Origin: Methylococcales symbiont of Iophon sp. n. MRB-2018 | GTDB taxonomy: Bacteria > Pseudomonadota > Gammaproteobacteria > Methylococcales > Methylomonadaceae | Direction: 5' to 3' | Assembly (NCBI GenBank): GCA_003666325.1 | Contig: QPIL01000118.1 | Span: 2,402-66,401 of the forward strand | Length of the DNA: 64,000 nucleotides | In this document: positions 20,983 through 30,089 of the stretch, piece by piece | Numbering within the stretch: the stretch's first letter is position 1 | How the letters are laid out: the number at the start of each line of letters is the position of its first letter | Notes under the pieces: model-generated | Told to the model about the DNA's origin: nothing | Database searches by the model: none | The model's input: only the letters and a program-made list of their open reading frames with translations | Program-made: the position numbers and the translations under genes

Positions 20983-21119
20983 GACTCAATTTATCAATAG
21001 GACTTTTAGTGTTGAATTAATAAGTTGAGTAGTTACTAAAAATAAGGATTGTTTATTACAATGAGTATATAATCAGCGGTTTTATATTGTTTTAGGTTTA
21101 ATTTTTCAGGGATTTTCAA

Positions 21120-21449
21120 ATGATGAATAAAATTAATATTGCTCTGGTAAGGCTTTTTCAATTTGTTGTATTTGTTTTTTTTACATTTATGGTTTTAGCC
21201 TATTTTGGAGCAATGATTCTAGTGCCTTTGGATTTGGTGGTATTGATTATTAAAGTCATGGATGTTGTTGGTCTAGGGGGTATGATAGGTGCGGCAGTAG
21301 CAATACCGATAGTTGCTTATCTAGGCATGATCGTATACAAAACCCCAAGTTTAGTTGACATGATTGTAGGAATTGGTCTGGATTTAATCAAGCACGGTAA
21401 AGAACGTGTTGAGGCTTTTAACGCAATTGCTGAAAGCATAAAAGTTTAA
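21120..21449 (+). CDS. hypothetical membrane protein (109 aa)
   Basis: Three predicted TM helices. No family recognised. Confidence 0.5.
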   Translation: MMNKINIALVRLFQFVVFVFFTFMVLAYFGAMILVPLDLVVLIIKVMDVVGLGGMIGAAVAIPIVAYLGMIVYKTPSLVDMIVGIGLDLIKHGKERVEAFNAIAESIKV

Positions 21450-21453
21450 AAAA

Positions 21454-21600
21454 GACTAAGGACTAAGGACTCAAGACTCAAGACTCAAGACTCAAGACTC
21501 AAGACTCAAGACTCAAGACTCAAGACTCAAGACTCAAGACTCAAGACTCAAGACTCAAGACTCAAGACTCAAGACTCAAGACTCAAGACTCAAGACTAAA
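21454..21600 (+). repeat. heptanucleotide tandem tract T3, 21 units (GACTAAG x2, GACTCAA x18, GACTAAA)
   Basis: 147 nt read directly. It starts 4 nt after the stop of 21120..21449. Confidence 0.97.
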
Positions 21601-21905
21601 GTAACTGAAACCTTTGTTACCATACGTCATTCCCGAAGTCTGTTATCGGGAATCTAGTTTTAAACACCTGGATTTCTGCTTAGAACATGCAGGAATGACG
21701 GAGGGAGTGACGCGGATTTTATACCCTATTCAACAAATAACTCTGAATGAAAGAGCTTTAGTTGCTCTGTGTTTGGGGTTGGTTTTGTTAGTATGTTTTA
21801 TCAGCAAAACGACCAAGAAATAGCCGTTATTTACCAAATACTGCTTTTTTTGTCTAATTTATTGTTATAAATCAGAGGGTTGTTGTGTTTTTAAGGGTTG
21901 ACTAA
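21601..21905 (+). mobile_element. body of composite element copy E2 (hairpin module, 3' module, right TIR)
   Basis: 21601..21773 matches 44291..44478 in reverse complement. 21774..21905 matches 9171..9314 and 30344..30485. It ends tttttaagggttgactaa (21888..21905). Confidence 0.85.
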
Positions 21906-21946
21906 TTAAATGCGAATTTATTCAAAGTTTAAGAATAAATTCAAAC

Positions 21947-22627
21947 TTATATCGTACCCAGTGTCACTACGTTATTTCTCAAACTAATAACAGACCAGCC
22001 ATTCTTACGGGCATACTCCCGTAATTTATCATCAGGGTCTACGGCAACAGGGTTATCTACTCGTTGTAATAATGGCAAGTCATTATGAGAATCAGTGTAA
22101 AACCAACTGTCTTCTAATGTTTCTGATGAAGATTCTAGCCATTCTTCCAGCAATGTGACTTTACCCTCTTGATAACAGGGAGTACCAAGGAAATTTCCAC
22201 TATATTGACCATCAATAAATTCTGGCTTGGTTGCAAGCAGATTATCTATACCAAATAATTTTACAATAGGTTCGGTAATAAATCGGTTGGTGGCGGTAAT
22301 CACCATGACAGTATCACCTTTAAAGCGATGTTTATTGACCAAACGAATAGCAGGTTTTAGCAGAATAGGTTTAATCACTTCGGTGATAAATTGTTCTCGC
22401 CACTGATGCATTTTTTCAGCCTTGTGGAGAGCTAATGGTGCTAATGAAAAATGTAAAAATGCGCTAATATCCAGTTTCCCTTCTTTATAATCCTGATAAA
22501 ATTTGGCATTGGCTTCTTCATATTGCTCTTTATCAACAATACCTTGGTCAACAAGAAATTGTCCCCATAAATAATCGCTATCATCTGAAATAAGAGTGTT
22601 ATCAAGATCAAATATCGCTAAACTCAT
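21947..22627 (-). CDS. HAD-IB family hydrolase (SerB-like)
   Basis: 226 aa. HAD motif I is AIFDLDNTL, motif II is VITATN, and motif IV is ..YTDSHNDLPLL... Confidence 0.75.
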   Translation of the reverse strand: MSLAIFDLDNTLISDDSDYLWGQFLVDQGIVDKEQYEEANAKFYQDYKEGKLDISAFLHFSLAPLALHKAEKMHQWREQFITEVIKPILLKPAIRLVNKHRFKGDTVMVITATNRFITEPIVKLFGIDNLLATKPEFIDGQYSGNFLGTPCYQEGKVTLLEEWLESSSETLEDSWFYTDSHNDLPLLQRVDNPVAVDPDDKLREYARKNGWSVISLRNNVVTLGTI

Positions 22628-22780
22628 TTTTAAATTCTTTTTTTATTTGGTGAATTTGACTCATAAACGCACTCGCCTGAGCATAAAAGGTGTAAACATA
22701 GGTAGCTATTGAGTTGAAATATAAATGGATACCAATGTTGACATTGAATTTTTAAAAATATCGGCGCAAGGGTGATTCTT

Positions 22781-23494
22781 TTACAAAAAAACAGCGATTA
22801 ACGCGATAAATTGCTTTGTACCCAAGACATCTCTGAGTTTTGAGCTAAACAAATATGACTTCAAAAACGTAATCAGTTTGTTTAGCGGGGTCTTTGGAAG
22901 GATGAATGGATAGCGTCTAAACATTTCTTCCCTATCAGCACAGATTGCACTCATCTGTGCTGATATTTCATCTGAGAGAATGACAGGATTTTGCACAGCG
23001 TATAAATTAATATATTTATCATTGTTCATAAAATGATCTATTGGGCGCGATATTGCTTGCAAATACGGTATTAATTTTCTAGCACCACGGTTATTTAAAC
23101 AATAGCCATGCGTTCCATAGGTGGTTTCAGCGAATATCCTTACCCTGTGTGCTTGGTTTAACTTTTTGCTAAACCAAAAACTGTGTTTTGCTGGAATATA
23201 CCCTACAGGACTACGACACCCTAAAAGCATTAGCTCCCAGTTTTTGGGAAATTATCAATTTCTGCCAAACAATTTAGCAACGCATTGTCAAATTGGACAT
23301 TGTATTCAAGAATCAATGCTGTCTCAATATCATCACCATCTTTTGATAAATCAATTTATGACTCAAAGCACAATCGATTTTACCCTGACCATCGGTCTTT
23401 GAATACTTTTTATAGCTTGTTTTTCCGAATAAACGCTATTTATTTTCGTTGCACTGAGTAATTGCCCATTTACAGCATCAATAAATTCCACGTC
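22781..23494 (-). pseudogene. glycosyltransferase family 25 (LPS biosynthesis) pseudogene: 5'-truncated with at least 2 frameshifts
   Basis: GT25-like segments lie in three frames on the minus strand: DVEFIDAVNG.. (23494 downward), ..GKIDCALSHKLIYQKMV.. then DDIETALILE.., and the 149-aa ORF ..GTHGYCLNNRGARKL... No start or first ~35 residues are present. Confidence 0.7.
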
Positions 23495-23526
23495 TAAAAT
23501 ATATTTTTAGCAAAACAGCCCTAAGC

Positions 23527-23689
23527 CTTTAGTCTTTAGTCTTTAGTCTTTAGTCTTTAGTCTTTAGTCTTTAGTCTTTAGTCTTTAGTCTTGAGTCTTG
23601 AGTCTTGAGTCTTGAGTCTTGAGTCTTGAGTCTTGAGTCTTGAGTCCTTTTTATATATTTTTTAGTTTGGGTTTTTAAGGATTGACTAA
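23527..23689 (-). mobile_element. truncated inverted copy E4: left TIR plus heptamer tract T4 ((CTTTAGT)x9 (CTTGAGT)x8 on the + strand)
   Basis: The tract is 23527..23645. tttttaaggattgactaa at 23672..23689 matches the element TIR. On the minus strand it reads TIR - (ACTCAAG)n - (ACTAAAG)n, then abuts the truncated GT25 gene. Confidence 0.85.
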
Positions 23690-23750
23690 TTAGCGTACAA
23701 TTCAACACATAAGCCATTCTTTCACATCATTAAATAACGGAGTCACTTTA

Positions 23751-25379
23751 ATGTCATCACTCATAAAATCAGCCATTTGGCATGATCTTCAAAATCATTT
23801 TCATGACATCTCTAATTTACACATGAGAGACATGTTTGCTGATGATATTCATCGTTTTGATAAATTCTCTTTATGCTTCAACGATATTCTTTTCGATTAT
23901 TCTAAAAATAGAATAACTGATAAAACGCTACCGTTATTACTGGAACTTGCCAAACAAAGACAATTAGATAAAAAAATCAAAGCCATGTTTGCAGGTGAAA
24001 AAATCAACCAAAGTGAAGATAGAGCTGTTTTGCATATCGCATTGAGGAATCGCAGTAACCGCCCTATCTTAGTGGATGGTCGAGATATTAATGCCGATGT
24101 AAGGCGGGTTTTAAAAAAAATGCGGCGTTTTTGTGATGCTGTTCATTCGGGTAGCTGGCGTGGGTTTACCGGTAAAGTGATGACTGATGTGGTTAATATT
24201 GGTATAGGGGGTTCTGATTCAGGGCCAAGAATGGTTGTTAGGGCTTTACAGCCTTACTCGATAAATAAAATTCAAACACACTTTGTCTCTAATGTTGCAC
24301 AAGCCGACTTACTTAGCACGCTAAACAAATTGAACCCAGAGACCACTCTGTTTTTAATCGCATCAAAAACATTTACTACCCAAGAAACCATAACCAATGC
24401 CATTTCAGCTCGTAGCTGGCTGGTCAATGCATTATCAGACCAAAATGCAGTCGATAAACACTTCGTGGCTATTTCAACGAATACGGAAAAAGTCGTTGAA
24501 TTTGGTATTGCTCCAGAAAATACATTTGAATTTTGGGATTGGGTTGGTGGTCGTTTTTCTCTTTGGTCAGCCATCGGCTTATCCATCCCTTTAGCCATTG
24601 GCATGGATAACTTTGAAAAACTATTAGACGGTGCTCATGATGTTGATGAACACTTTAGGCTAACACCTTTCAAACAGAATATCCCCGTTATTATGGCGCT
24701 ACTAGGTGTTTGGTATAACAATTTTTTTAAAACCGAATGCCAGGCTATTTTACCGTATGGTCATTATCTACGGTATTTTCCTGCCTTTATGCAACAAGGG
24801 GATATGGAAAGTAATGGTAAAAGCGTTGATGTTGAAGGAAATGCAGTAGATTATCAGACTGGCCCTATTATATGGGGTCAAACAGGCACTAATGGACAAC
24901 ATGCCTTTTACCAACTTATCCATCAGGGTACAAAATTGATCCCCTGCGACTTTTTAGTACCAGCAACAAGTTATCATGACCTGCCAGACCATCACAATAT
25001 GTTGATTTCTAACTTTCTGGCTCAACCCCAAGCCTTGATGCAGGGAAAAACGGCAGAACAGGTCATCAGCGAACTTGACCTGTCCGAACACGATAGTATT
25101 CGGGTTAATGCCAAAGTTTTCCCTGGAAACATACCCACTAATTCATTTTTATTTAAACAATTAACAGCAAAAACACTGGGTTCATTAATTGCTCTATATG
25201 AACATAAAGTGTTTGTCCAAGGGGCAATATGGAATATCAACTCATTTGACCAGATGGGTGTTGAATTAGGAAAAGTTTTGGCTGGCGTTATTTTTCCAGA
25301 ACTGCAGAATAAAGATAAAGCCAGTAGTCATGATAGCTCAACCAATGGTTTAATTAATCATTTAAAAAAAATTCGCTGA
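23751..25379 (+). CDS. pgi: glucose-6-phosphate isomerase
   Basis: 542 aa. ..[12 protein letters not shown].., ..[12 protein letters not shown].. and ..[15 protein letters not shown].. are present. Confidence 0.95.
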   Translation: MSSLIKSAIWHDLQNHFHDISNLHMRDMFADDIHRFDKFSLCFNDILFDYSKNRITDKTLPLLLELAKQRQLDKKIKAMFAGEKINQSEDRAVLHIALRNRSNRPILVDGRDINADVRRVLKKMRRFCDAVHSGSWRGFTGKVMTDVVNIGIGGSDSGPRMVVRALQPYSINKIQTHFVSNVAQADLLSTLNKLNPETTLFLIASKTFTTQETITNAISARSWLVNALSDQNAVDKHFVAISTNTEKVVEFGIAPENTFEFWDWVGGRFSLWSAIGLSIPLAIGMDNFEKLLDGAHDVDEHFRLTPFKQNIPVIMALLGVWYNNFFKTECQAILPYGHYLRYFPAFMQQGDMESNGKSVDVEGNAVDYQTGPIIWGQTGTNGQHAFYQLIHQGTKLIPCDFLVPATSYHDLPDHHNMLISNFLAQPQALMQGKTAEQVISELDLSEHDSIRVNAKVFPGNIPTNSFLFKQLTAKTLGSLIALYEHKVFVQGAIWNINSFDQMGVELGKVLAGVIFPELQNKDKASSHDSSTNGLINHLKKIR

Positions 25380-25427
25380 CGTGGTGGAAAACTAAAATTT
25401 AATGGCTCCTCTATTCAACATAGACCT

Positions 25428-28400
25428 ATGAAAATACTCAATATTTATTTTAAGAATATTAATTCACTGGAAGGCGAAAATCGCATTCATTTTGATCAGC
25501 TACCCTTGTCTGAGTCGGGTGTTTTTGCCATTACAGGCCCTAATGGTTCAGGTAAATCGAGTATTTTAGATGTCATCACTTTAGCCTTATATGGAGAAAC
25601 ATTTCGTTTTGATCGCCCAGCTGATCATGTAATGACTAAAGCCACGACGGAAAGTTTTGCAGAGGTTGAGTTTGAATTAGCGGGTAATAGCTATCGTTCA
25701 AGCTGGTATGTTAAGAGAGATAGAAACAAAGCTCAGGGGGATTTATTGGCACCAGAAATGACATTACATCATTTGAATGACAGTGCGCAACTTATAGAGC
25801 AAAGTACGCAAAAAGTAAGAAGTCGTGTGGCTGAAATAACAGGGATGGATTTCCATAAGTTTAGTAAATCCATGATTTTGGCTCAAGGCGATTTTTCTGC
25901 TTATCTAAATGCACTTGATAGTGAGCGGATGGATATTCTGGAGAAAATCAGTGGTTCTGATATTTATCATACCCTTAAGAATCAGGCAGAAGAAAAAAAC
26001 AAAGTCGCTCAAACGCAATTACAGATATTACAACAAGATCTTAATGCCATCCCCATTGTAGATGCTGTGAGTAGAGAAGCCAACGAACTGGATTTAGCTG
26101 ATTTTCAACAACAGTATCTTGAGCTAAAACAAGAATATCAGGAAATACATCAGCAGTTAGTTTCTGTACAGAAAGTGAGTAATTTGCAAAGTCAGTCTAA
26201 AACTTTGACGCATCAGCAAAAACTATTAGATACACAGTTAGAAGAAAACCAGAGAAAACTGGATAAAATTGAATCCATGCAAGTGGTCAAGCGATTTGAA
26301 GATGATTTAAAAATACTTGATAATAAGCTTTCTGATACAGAACAAAGTCGGAAAACACTGGATTCTTATCGTAGTGAACTGGATTTATTGCAAAAACAAC
26401 TGAATGAGCACGAGTTTGATGTTAATACAGCCAGCACCCACAACACATCCTTATCAGAACAAAAAGCTAGTATAGAAAAAATTAAGTTGAAATTGAATGC
26501 CTTGAACTTAGCATTAGTACAAGAAAATGCTTTAATTCAATCAATGAACCAGCAAGCTGTTGAATATAAAACCACCCTAGAAGAGGGCGAGGTCTGGTTG
26601 CAAGAACATGCAGTGGATCAACATTTACTCAATGAATTTCCTGAATTTACTCGTTTATCACTTCTTAAACAGACACTGGCTGAAGCGACAGAAAAGCAGC
26701 AAGTATTTTTAAATTGGTCAAAAAACACCTCAAAAGGATTAAAACAATCTAAAGAACATAGTGAATCCTTGACTAAAAAAAGTGTAGATTTAGAGGCTCA
26801 GATTAAAGCAGATGAACAACTGTTAGAAACAATGAGTGAGGGTTATTCATTGCAACAGTTATATGAAATAAAACTGCAACAACAAGAAAGACTTGAACAA
26901 TTTCAAGAGTTAAGCGATCTTGCTAATGTCAATTCCAAAATGGGTAACAAAGGATTTTTAGAAAGCTTATTTCAATCTAAAGGTGCTGATAGAGAAGCAT
27001 ACGAATTAAAGCAGGAAGCTGAGCAATTGCAACTGGAAATCGGTAAAGAGCAAAGAATCATCATCATCTTGGAAGCCGCTGTCTTTAATGAAGCATTGTT
27101 ATCAAAAATGGAGGGAGATAGACAGCATTTAAAAGAGGATAAAGCGTGTTCTTTATGTGGCGCTCTGGATCACCCCTATCTAAAGTATCCGCCCGCTGTT
27201 TCAAATTCAAAACAAATATTGCTTGAACAACGCAAAAAACTTAAATATCTGAATACAGAGGCAAGCAGTTTGGTTAAACAAATTGCAATTTCTAAAAACC
27301 AAGTAAAAATCGATAAGGAAAAAGCGGGTAAATTAGAAGTCATTTGTTCTCAGTGGAATAGTCTAGCAAACAAGTTAAATGTTGCTGGTATGGGTTTAGA
27401 TATTGAAAAAGTTTCAGCTATTAAAGAATTAGTTAAGGAAAAAAAATCTGAATTATCTATTTTGAATACGCTGATTAAGAAATATTCCAAGCAGCAAGCA
27501 GTGATGGTTGAAGCAAAGGAAACGATTGAGCTTAACAAAAATAACTTAGCTCGTTTGAGTAAAGAGATTAAAGTTTTAACTTCTGAAATAAATACTCGCC
27601 CGGATGAGTCTGCTGAGTTAGAGCAAAAGGTTTCCAGCATTCAGCAAGATGTAAAAACTTTAGAAACAAAAATTACTGAACAACTTAATGTATTAGGTGA
27701 AAAAAAACCGAGTAAAAAAATTAAAGAAGATGAATTGATTCGACACTTAAATGCACGCAAACAAGCCTATAATTCAAGAAAAGTACATGCAAAAACCTTA
27801 TTAGAACAACTGCAAAGTTTAGAAACAAAAACAGCGGAATCGCTGTTTAAGATTGAACAACTAACAAAAGATATTGAAAAAAATACAGCATTGGATCAAC
27901 AACAAGAGTTAGCTGGTTTGCATTTGTCGCTACTAGAAAAACAAAGATTAATTGCCGATAAAGAAGTTATTTATGGGCAACAAGAAAAAGATTCAGCGGC
28001 CTTAAAACAAAATCTGCTAGAAAGCAGTCAAGATCTGGCTCAAGGTGATTTGAATATGTTGAGAGAGGGTGTTGAATTAGTTAAAGACAAAGGGTATGTG
28101 TTACAGACACGCTTAGAATTGACCCAACGAGTTAATAAAATAGGGAAAGGCATAGAGCAATCTCAAACAGAACTGGATAAAGAAAAAGCGATGCTTTTAA
28201 CGGATAAAAAAGAAGATGGGTTGTTACCTTTAGATAAATCCATGAAAGAAAAATTACATATTACAAAACAGGAAATAGATACATTACAGAACAAATTAAA
28301 ACAACAAAATATCATGCAAGAAAAGTATGATGCACTTTTGCAAAAAGTGACCCAGCAAAAAGAAAAAGTCAAAGCCAGTGAGAAAGAAATTAAATTTATC

Positions 28401-28877
28401 TCGGAAGATAATGGCATACACTTTCGTCATAAAGTGCTGGAAGGGATGGCAGATAAATTATTATCCGAATCCAATCAGGTGTTAGAGAAAATTAGTGGAC
28501 GCTATTTTTTGCGAAAAGCTGAGAGTGAACATGGTCTGGCACTGGAAATAGAAGATAGCAAACAAAAAAATGTCAGGCGTTTACCTAAAACATTATCTGG
28601 TGGGGAGAGTTTTATCGTTAGCTTGGCGTTAGCAATGGGCTTAGCAGAAATGGCTAGTAATGGCCATGCTTTGGATTCTTTATTTCTGGATGAGGGTTTT
28701 GGTAATTTAGATGCCGAAGCACTTTATGTGGCTATGACAACGCTGGAAAGTTTAAAAATACACGGAAAAACAGTGGGCGTTATTTCCCACGTTGAAAGTG
28801 TACGTAAGCGGATTAAAACACAGATAAAAATGATTAAAAAACCAAATGGCATGAGTGCTTTAAAGGTGATTTCTTGA
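25428..28877 (+). CDS. sbcC: SbcC-type SMC-like ATPase (exonuclease subunit C)
   Basis: 1149 aa. The N-terminus MKILNIYFKNINSLEGE..FAITGPNGSGKSSILDVITLALYGET parallels E. coli SbcC. It has a long coiled coil, a zinc hook CSLCG, and a C-terminal signature LSGGESF plus Walker B LFLDEGFG. Confidence 0.88.
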   Translation: MKILNIYFKNINSLEGENRIHFDQLPLSESGVFAITGPNGSGKSSILDVITLALYGETFRFDRPADHVMTKATTESFAEVEFELAGNSYRSSWYVKRDRNKAQGDLLAPEMTLHHLNDSAQLIEQSTQKVRSRVAEITGMDFHKFSKSMILAQGDFSAYLNALDSERMDILEKISGSDIYHTLKNQAEEKNKVAQTQLQILQQDLNAIPIVDAVSREANELDLADFQQQYLELKQEYQEIHQQLVSVQKVSNLQSQSKTLTHQQKLLDTQLEENQRKLDKIESMQVVKRFEDDLKILDNKLSDTEQSRKTLDSYRSELDLLQKQLNEHEFDVNTASTHNTSLSEQKASIEKIKLKLNALNLALVQENALIQSMNQQAVEYKTTLEEGEVWLQEHAVDQHLLNEFPEFTRLSLLKQTLAEATEKQQVFLNWSKNTSKGLKQSKEHSESLTKKSVDLEAQIKADEQLLETMSEGYSLQQLYEIKLQQQERLEQFQELSDLANVNSKMGNKGFLESLFQSKGADREAYELKQEAEQLQLEIGKEQRIIIILEAAVFNEALLSKMEGDRQHLKEDKACSLCGALDHPYLKYPPAVSNSKQILLEQRKKLKYLNTEASSLVKQIAISKNQVKIDKEKAGKLEVICSQWNSLANKLNVAGMGLDIEKVSAIKELVKEKKSELSILNTLIKKYSKQQAVMVEAKETIELNKNNLARLSKEIKVLTSEINTRPDESAELEQKVSSIQQDVKTLETKITEQLNVLGEKKPSKKIKEDELIRHLNARKQAYNSRKVHAKTLLEQLQSLETKTAESLFKIEQLTKDIEKNTALDQQQELAGLHLSLLEKQRLIADKEVIYGQQEKDSAALKQNLLESSQDLAQGDLNMLREGVELVKDKGYVLQTRLELTQRVNKIGKGIEQSQTELDKEKAMLLTDKKEDGLLPLDKSMKEKLHITKQEIDTLQNKLKQQNIMQEKYDALLQKVTQQKEKVKASEKEIKFISEDNGIHFRHKVLEGMADKLLSESNQVLEKISGRYFLRKAESEHGLALEIEDSKQKNVRRLPKTLSGGESFIVSLALAMGLAEMASNGHALDSLFLDEGFGNLDAEALYVAMTTLESLKIHGKTVGVISHVESVRKRIKTQIKMIKKPNGMSALKVIS

Positions 28878-29144
28878 TTTTTATATTCGATATAAAACTA
28901 TAAAACTATAAAAATTTCTAATTAGCTATCAAGTGTTTTTTTATGCTGAGGTCTCCTTAATACAATGGTTAAAAACAACACTGGCGAATTTAACCCATAA
29001 GTGCAACACTTCCATTCAAAAAATAGTACTTGAAAAGTTTTACCAGCGTGGTACCTTTAGCGATTCAATAATAATAATAATAAATAACCCTATCAATACC
29101 TTGTTTTTCATAGGGTTAAAAAATTTCATATAGAGAGGAAAAAA

Positions 29145-29627
29145 ATGAGTGATGATAAGAGTTCTAATAAAGCAAAAGCAGTGTCTAATGCAATTTCTAA
29201 TGCAGTTTCAAAAGTATTGGAATTAAAAGAGTCGAACCCCAAGGTTTTATTTGGTGCTATTGGTGTTTTGGTCGTAGTTATACTTGCCTTAATGATGAGC
29301 GGTGGTAGCAGTGTCAAAAAGAGTCTTACCGAATTTAAAATAGGTAACATTTCTATAGGACAAACTTATGAGTTAAGAGGGGTTAATAATCGTTATGATG
29401 TAAAAGCAACGATTAGATTAGTTTCTGTTCCTGGTTCTTTGGCTGCTTATGATGATACTGAGGCTGAAGATCGTGAGGGTGGATGTAAACATATGCCACA
29501 AGGAACTAAAGTTAAAGTGATACAAATACAAAAAGCTTTTAAAACAACTAAATTTGCTGAAGTGGAAATGTTGGCAGGTGAATGTGTAGGTCAAAAAGGT
29601 TGGACGCTTATTAATAATCTAAAATAG
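29145..29627 (+). CDS. hypothetical single-pass membrane protein with a small C-terminal beta domain
   Basis: 160 aa with TM helix ..VLFGAIGVLVVVILALMM... The C-terminus ..GQKGWTLINNLK is SH3b-like (weak). GAGAGGA lies upstream. Confidence 0.55.
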   Translation: MSDDKSSNKAKAVSNAISNAVSKVLELKESNPKVLFGAIGVLVVVILALMMSGGSSVKKSLTEFKIGNISIGQTYELRGVNNRYDVKATIRLVSVPGSLAAYDDTEAEDREGGCKHMPQGTKVKVIQIQKAFKTTKFAEVEMLAGECVGQKGWTLINNLK

Positions 29628-29677
29628 AGTATTGACAAGGTATATAAATAAATTATAATGCTCTGATAAGTTGATTT

Positions 29678-29753
29678 GCGGGAATAGCTCAGCTGGTAGA
29701 GCACAACCTTGCCAAGGTTGGGGTCGCGAGTTCGAATCTCGTTTCCCGCTCCA
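29678..29753 (+). tRNA. tRNA-Gly (anticodon GCC)
   Basis: The cloverleaf folds by hand: acceptor GCGGGAA/TTCCCGC, D arm GCTC/GAGC, anticodon stem CAACC/GGTTG with loop TTGCCAA, T arm GCGAG-TTCGAAT-CTCGT, and an encoded CCA. Confidence 0.95.
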
Positions 29754-29763
29754 ATAAACTCTG

Positions 29764-29790
29764 AAAAGCCGCGTTTATCGCGGCTTTTTT
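29764..29790 (+). terminator. rho-independent terminator-like hairpin between the two tRNAs
   Basis: aaaagccgcg-ttta-tcgcggctttttt is a GC-rich 7-bp stem followed by T6. Confidence 0.7.
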
Positions 29791-29814
29791 ATTGTTATCA
29801 ATTTACCATTCTAA

Positions 29815-29888
29815 GGCTGCGTAGCAAAGTGGTTATGCAGTGGCCTGCAAAGCCATCTACGCCGGTTCGACTCCGGCCGCAGCCTCCA
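29815..29888 (+). tRNA. tRNA-Cys (anticodon GCA)
   Basis: Acceptor GGCTGCG/CGCAGCC, anticodon loop CTGCAAA, T arm GCCGG-TTCGACT-CCGGC, and an encoded CCA. It is collinear with E. coli tRNA-Cys. Confidence 0.93.
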
Positions 29889-30060
29889 TAATTACTTTGT
29901 AATTCAGATGATTATAGTTATTTTATTGTTTCCAATTAAGCAATTTGTAGCCAACAGAAAAATGGCACAATATATCAAAATGCAAGAATATATTTAACAA
30001 CTAAATTCCCCCTCAAGCTATCAATAATCCCCATAAAAATAGGATCAACACATTGATTAT

Positions 30061-30086
30061 CCGTTCATGAGTTATGCTGAGGTCTC
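30061..30086 (-). mobile_element. solo right terminus of the GAGACCTC-type MITE
   Basis: ccgttcatgagttatgctgaggtctc is the reverse complement of the first 26 nt of the 35418 element. Confidence 0.75.
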
Positions 30087-30089
30087 TTA

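Noticed and set aside
21454-21600. Possible CRISPR array (regular short repeats here, at 23527, 33515, 44479 and 39432)
   Set aside because: The units are 7 or 12 nt and directly abutting, with no spacers. No cas genes are present. These are microsatellite or VNTR tracts.
21614-21823. 69-aa ORF from the supplied track (MLPYVIPEVCYRESS...)
   Set aside because: It lies entirely inside repeat element copy E2 and starts at a TTG within a hairpin. Other copies of the element do not conserve its N-terminal two thirds. Only the short C-terminal hydrophobic part is kept, as a low-interest finding.
29709-29891. 60-aa ORF overlapping the tRNA region
   Set aside because: It is composed of tRNA-Gly, the terminator hairpin and tRNA-Cys sequence, so it is a translation artefact.
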